A stretch of 64,000 bases of DNA from Hormiphora californensis (Eukaryota; Animalia; Ctenophora). The position numbers were made by a program, and so were the translations under genes. The DNA lies in assembly GCA_020137815.1 (NCBI GenBank), contig CM035362.1, positions 3,286,001-3,350,000 on the forward strand, read 5' to 3'. The notes below the pieces were generated by a model. That model was not told the DNA's origin and made no database searches. It saw nothing but the letters and a program-made list of their open reading frames with translations. Every line of letters starts with the position of its first letter. Position 1 is the stretch's first letter. This document shows, in pieces, positions 57,818-64,000 of this stretch.

Positions 57818-59478
57818 TCGAGATAGGGGTTATGGATGTCTGAATGGACCCGCCGCCATTCAGTGAAACTTAATGGACATTGGACCCGCCTAAAAAGGGG
57901 TCAGGAAGCCGAAAACCTCAGAAAACTCCACCTGTGCATTCGTCGGAGTACAGGGTATAGCGCGACGTACCCAAGTAAAGTGCATGGTAGATTGTGTGGC
58001 TGTCAGTCCATTATTGGCATATTATGCTCTCATATATGCTCCGACAGTCATGTGGTTTCTTTTTGTTTTGTTCGAACTTGGGGAAGGAGTGTCGAACAAG
58101 GGAAGTTTCTTCGAGTATGAAGCTGTGAAAACTGAACGCAACGAATTATCCTAGCGCACATGTAACCCCCACAAAATAGCATGCGCAAGTGGAGTTTTCT
58201 GAGCTTTTTTCTGGTCCTTTTTCTTAACTCGCCATTAATATACAGATTCTGACAGAAAATACGAGCAGGGAATTCCAGGTGGAAATTTGTATCACGGACT
58301 GTAAAGGGCGTCCTCTTTTCTCGTCTCTCCTTTCACTTTTTTAAATTCTTCACTCTTTCCCTTCCATGAAATTGCCGACGAAAATAAAAGCATCGATTGT
58401 TGCGCAAAATAATAAAACAAGTTCTTACAAAGAGAAAAAAATAAACAGACAGCTGTTAAAAACACACATTGTACACCAACCATGATCTTTTTCATTTTTA
58501 AAGAAAAATATAATTATCCTTACCCATGATTATGCTAATAATGTTAATCATAAAATAAGTTTAATCATTTATTCATAATTTATGATCATGAAAAATCTCA
58601 ATGTACAATTGCGAACCTCGATTTACTGGACAGAAAACGACATGTTATTTTATACCTCTAAACCTGGTAAAATATAATTTATTCTTATTTAAGGGACCAA
58701 CTTACAAAAAAAGAACTCGGGTATGTTAACCACAAGTACCAGGTTTAGAGATAAAATAACATAATGTTTATATTATAACCATCCAATAACACTCCTCGTG
58801 GAGGAGTTGACCGGTTGATTGAGGTTGTTTGTGTGCAGGAAAATAGTAAACCCACAATATTAAATACACATGACAGTTGCAGTACTAACTGCGTCCCCAT
58901 ATGACGAAGCCACACTACAGCACTGCAGTATTGACTTGACGACTTGTAATATTGTGTTTGAAAACTATAGTGATACCCTATTACCCTGATCTCTGACTCA
59001 ATAATCTCTATCTACCTAATAAATTACCTATATATATTAACACTGCTAAGCAGTAACAATTACTCTGTGTCAAACCCTGATAATATCAGGGCGATGTATA
59101 AAATTAAAATATTGCGGTTAAAACTAGCATTATAATACAGTTGGACCCCGATTAAACGGCACCCTCGGGGGAACTGTGGTCAGAGCATTGGCCTGACAGC
59201 GGGGGAAAGGGTTTTATCCGTTAAATCGGGGTGTCCGCTAAATCGGGGTCAAATACTGTTGATTTTCTATATATCAGGGGAAGATTAGGCTGCCGTTAAA
59301 TCGGGGGGCCGCTAAATCGGGGGCCGTTAAATCGGGGTCCGACTGTACTACAATTCACCTGATGCAGCCCCCTATAAAATTGCGAATTTCTGGCGGCGCC
59401 AGGTCCCGATCATTTAATTTGATTCTCAATTCCCAAATTACAGTGCTGTCAGATGGGGTCTGGCGCCGCCACCCAGAT

Positions 59479-62312
59479 CTAAACATGGGCCGTATGAACA
59501 ATCGTCACTTCATTTGATGCCACCTCCCACTCAGATCCATTGTTATCATCGATCGGGAAAATATTAGCATAACTCGGCTCAAGGGCCTGTTTAATCCGGT
59601 TAACAATATCCGGACATCGCGTCCTTACCACAGCTCTAACAGTTACAAGTAGTATTGCAACGATACATGCACACACCACGGGTACAACAACAAAGGACCA
59701 GTTAAACTTTGTCCGGACCTCCATACACTCCGACCAGGGGGACGTGGAGAATCCGTTTGAGGCGTGAACACGAACTGAGTAGGTTGAGAAGGATGAGAGG
59801 TCATCGATTATGAATTTATCTGTTTTGAGTTTGTAGAGCTCTGAAACGGGTTTCTCGGTTGCGTAAAAGCACTGATTTTCAGGGAAGATTTCCAACATTT
59901 TGGATACATTCGTTGCTGTTGCAGTTTCTGAATCCCAGACAAGGATTTCAATGGATGATTTAGATGTTTCCACTAGTCGGACGCGGGGGCTACTTTTCAG
60001 TACTTGATGGTTTGTTCGTGCGGGAACCACCGTTAATGGTCCATCTCCAACTGAGTTTTGGGGGGTAATTGTGATATTGTACTCCGTTCCCATGGAAAGC
60101 TTCTCGAAGAGCGCATAGCCACTGTCAACAACATAACTCTGATCGCCCGGAGAAATGGAAACCGTGAAACGCAACGTCTCATCAAACCATAGAGTCCTGG
60201 GTATCTCGGGCCAATCAAGGGCTAGGCTTGTTTCACCTGATATCACTGCCACCGGCCCGACCACTGCGTCTCTTGGCTCAGCTTTGGCAGTTTGAAATGT
60301 TAGAGTGTCTGTTAGGGGGGAATTGTAGGTGGTCGTTACCCACCACTTATACACACGATATGGCGTCAGGGAGATTAATGTCAGAGTTGTGTTAGATGTT
60401 GTTGTGAACGGATCAGTGGCGGGGGAGGGATCAGAAATGAAGACCCGGAATAATCCTGAGTATCCATCAGGTCGTTTCCATGACAACATAACACTTGTAT
60501 CAGTCTTGTTTGACGTCACCCCACCTCCATCACCTCCACCAGGCTGGACTGTGATCCTTGTGTGTGATGAAATATAGAAGACATCATAAAACACCCCACA
60601 CTGATAGTACCCGCTGTCCCGGTCCCGTGGTGACGTCACTGTGACATTAAACTCCCAGTAAGGCTCCACAAACTCCACCGTTATGGCAGTTCGCCAATCT
60701 GGGACAAGGGGTAGGCCATTTCGGTAGCAGCGTGTGTTTGCGGTGTTGATAAACCGTCCTTCAGGTTGGTTAGCCTCGTTGGAGAGTGAGTGGAAGGAGA
60801 GGGTGAAGGAGGGGGAGGAGGGAGGGAGAAGGATGGATGCGGAGTGAGAGGAAGAGATGACGGGACCCGGGTAGACTGTTGTTATGAATTTCATCATTAT
60901 CGCATTGTTGGATATCATGATGCTGTAGCTGGAATCAAACCTGGGTAGAATGAAGGAGCGGTAAGTTTTATGAAGGAGCAGTTTACAGATTTATGAAGGA
61001 GCATTTATAATGATCACCAAAAATTGTAAGAACTCTTGCCTTCTTTACCTTTCTGAAAAGTAGTAATTAAAGGTACTTTCCCCGTTAACAGAGGGCTCGG
61101 TGGTTCCTCGACCCGTACTTGATAAGGCGTAGTTGTGGTAATGGAGTAACATATTAGGAGGGGGAGAGTGGAGAAACACCTGCAGGAATAATATATATTC
61201 ATTTAATTTGATTTTGAGTTAGTAGAACTGGGGCAATTTTGGTTCATGTTGCTGAGGAATTTTAGTTTTCTCCTTCCGGAAACTAAACTTCCTCATAAAT
61301 TCTACAATGTTACTACAGTTGGATCCGTTTACCGGGATCCTGATCGGTCAGGGACCCTGCAGCAGGGGAAAGCGTTTTTTCCTGGTAACTCGCGGTTCCC
61401 GGTAACTCTAAGTCTGACTGTTATACCTCTGCAGTAAATGAAGGCTGGGAGGAGCGTAATCTCCACATTTCGTATTCTGTCAGATTCATTGTCACATCCT
61501 TATTGTACATCTCTGCAGTTGTAGAAAATAGTTTTATGAAGGAGCAGCACTATACATGGGCATCAATATTGCTAGAGTAACGTACTGTTATAAGTAACAA
61601 CACTTTTTATCTCTACACGGCCATATATCAAGTCAAAAGGATGTACTATTTACCGTAGTTCGAGTGATGAACCTCCTCCAGTCGAGACTCCTTGGTCCGG
61701 GGTGAGAGAATGTGGCCTATTTCTGTAGTTGTAGAGGAGGAACTATAATCTCCAGGGATTATGTTCAGATGGTAGGGGGTAGTGAATATGTGACCTCCAC
61801 AGTCGCTACTGGCACGGCACCTGGAATTATATATAGACAATTAAAGAGAAACAAGTACAGTGCTGCTGTAATACGACTATACATTCAATCAAAAATAGGA
61901 GCTTTCGACTGATCTATGTCAGACCTCTTCAGCTATGTCAGCTCGCTATATATGTCAGCTTACGGCTTACGCTTCGGGCTCGCGTAAGCTCACACCGGGC
62001 CTTCGGCCCGGTGTGAGAGCTGACAGACGAGGAACATGTCAAATATAGACCCGGGGTTATTGATCCCAGCTTCAAGCCACATGATCGACCTGCCGTGTTA
62101 TACGTGTCACTGACTGTGACTGATATAAAGATATTTTACTACTCATATCGCAGAGGGATCACGTGGTAGAGGAACTCAGTATAACTCACCGGTACCAGCC
62201 AGCGTCATCCAAGGTAACATGTGGAAAGAGGAAGTGCCCAGCACCCGTCCTTACCAGAACATCTGGATGGATCTCCACGGGAACATCTTCATCACACTCC
62301 TCGCTATCACAT
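59479..62312 (-). CDS. Ig + 3xFN3 single-pass receptor (RTK-like ectodomain); 5' part continues toward or beyond the window end
   Basis: Ig motifs DDAGWYR|C and DSGYYQC; FN3 motifs LSW..LTPYRVY, LDW..LSMGTEY, LSSFSTY; TM FVVVPVVCACIVAILLVTV; juxtamembrane SEWEV. Exons about 62312-62190, 61819-61653, 61512-61427, 61178-61077, 60940-59479. Confidence 0.85.
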
Positions 62313-62959
62313 CTGTGGGAGGGGGGGGGGGGGTATTAATAGAGGATATCTGTGGAGAGGCGGAGGGGGGGGGGGGTATTAATCGAGGATATCTGTGGGG
62401 GGGGGGGGCGGGGGGTATTAATCAAGGATATCTGGTGGAGGGGGGGGGGTATTAATCGAGCAATTTCATTGGGGGAACAATTTCATTGGGGGGACCTAAG
62501 GTTCAGACACCAATTCTTTCATTTTGTACCAACCCGCAGCTCCTTTGGCAACTTTTGAGTTTTGCCAAAGGAAGGAATTAATGGCGAAAGCCAATCATAA
62601 AGTTAGTTAGTAGAAGCGAGCATGAATAGAACTGCAATTTCTGGTGAGGGAGAGGATTTATAAAATTATATATATTAATATTATTCTATTTCTATCCGCC
62701 GCATTTTACAACTCGATTATGATATTTTGGAATTTAATTCAGTCGTGCATATTGCAGCTGAAATTTAATCTCTCCTTATCTAATCTAACAATCTCTCTTT
62801 TGTTTCCTGTAGTAAGATAAAAGTAAAAGTAAGAGATCTTATTTGCCAGGCCGGCCGTAACTTATAAATAAAACGAGTAAAACTACCCCCAGTAAAAATA
62901 TGCAGAGAATTTGCCGAAATATGTAGCTTTCCCTATATAATATTGCAACATAACATATC

Positions 62960-63680
62960 TCTCTCTCGATCTCTATAGTCTCTCTCTCTCTCTCTCTCTC
63001 TCCCCCCCTCCCTCTCCCTTTTCTTCTCCTTTTCCCCTCTCTCTCTTCTTTTTCAACCTTCCCCCCCCCTTCCTTTTTTTTTTTTTTTCCTTTTTTTTTC
63101 CAAAATTTTCCCCCCCCTTTTTTCCTTTTTTTTTTTTTTTTCCCCTTTTTTTTCCCAAAACCCCCTCCCTTCCTTTTTCCCTTAAACCCCTTCTCCCCTT
63201 TCCATTTCCAAACTCCCCTTTCCTTTCTTTCCCCCTTTCCCCCCTTCTTTTAACTCCTCCTTCCTTCTTCGGGGGGGGCCCCCCCCCACCAGGGAAAAAA
63301 CCCGGGTCTGGGTTTTAAAAAAAAAGGGGGATTTCCTCCCCCCCTCCAAAAATCGGGGGGCTTTGTCTTTTCCCCTTTTTCCTTTAAAAAAAATCTCCCG
63401 GCTTTTACACACTTTTTTTAAAATTAAAGGGGGTTCCTTTTTTTTTAAAATTTAAAAAAAAAAAAATAAAAAAAAAAAAAAAAAAAAATCTTTTTTTACC
63501 CTTCTAAATTTTTTTTTTTTTTGTTTGGGGGGTTTTTTCCCCACCCCAATTTTGGGGGGGGGTGGGGGGGGTCCCCAAAAACCCTTTTTAAAAAATTTTA
63601 ATTTAAAAAAGTTAAAAAAAAGGTGGGGAAAAAAAGGACCAAAGTTTTCTCCGGTTTTCTCTCTCTCTCCACTTTCTTCT
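62960..63680. other. Low-quality homopolymer-rich sequence (probably unpolished read); similar tracts at 44836-45510 and 53155-53600
   Basis: Scrambled poly-Y/poly-R runs adjoining (CT)/(GA) microsatellites. Confidence 0.7.
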
Positions 63681-64000
63681 CTCTCTCTCTTTTCTCAACC
63701 TTGCCCACCCACCAAGCGGCTGTGCCATTTATTATTAGGTTATTATTAGGTTAGGATCAAACATAAATTCCAGTTTCACATGGGGTAACCTGAAATAACA
63801 CAAACACAAAAATATGCTGCCATGCTTATATTATATATATATATTATTAATATAAATGAACAACGATAAAATGATAACCATATTGACCATGATAACTGCG
63901 ATAACCACTATAACCATGGTTACCACATGGTAACCAGGCCATGATAACTGACAACTTCATAACCATGATAACCATGATAACTGGCAACTTCATAACCATG

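Noticed and set aside
56906-57866. Three ~300-aa ORFs, or a CRISPR-like array
   Set aside because: A pure 29-bp tandem repeat with no unique spacers and no cas genes; the ORFs are a by-product of a stop-free unit.
53075-58150. Kinase-like words RDLSAVQNSLI (53.1 kb) and ELGEG..AVKT (58.1 kb)
   Set aside because: They are on the opposite strand to the receptor, in the wrong order, and lack the invariant residues; likely chance.

Overview
Eukaryotic, intron-rich animal DNA, most likely a cydippid ctenophore (Pleurobrachia-like). This rests on two genomic copies of what I recall as the Pleurobrachia spliced-leader (SL) sequence and on the repeat families. Hand splicing gives about 11 protein-coding genes: a GPR157-like GPCR (+), a secreted lipocalin (+), a CNRIP1/CRIP1a homologue (-), an ODF3/SHIPPO-repeat ciliary protein (-), a 112-aa 8-Cys secreted orphan (+), an SLC22-type transporter with an oversized extracellular loop (-), a BTB-BACK-Kelch protein (+), a 184-aa secreted orphan (-), a tetraspanin (+), a rhodopsin-class GPCR (-), and an Ig/FN3 receptor that stops where a tyrosine kinase should begin (-). 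Introns and spacers are packed with MITE/foldback families (TA, 4-, 8- and 9-bp TSDs), a Helitron 3' end, and mini/microsatellites. The most notable signal is the SL exon fused directly to hammerhead-ribozyme motifs at two unrelated sites (32.8 kb and 36.7 kb); these look like retro-inserted, trans-spliced ribozyme RNAs in which the SL supplies part of stem I. Also notable are 23-83 bp elements with their own 8-bp TSDs and recurrent tandem duplications spanning splice sites. Most frameshifts look like heterozygous-consensus errors (both synonymous alleles written side by side), not pseudogenes. All identifications are from manual reading; no searches were run.
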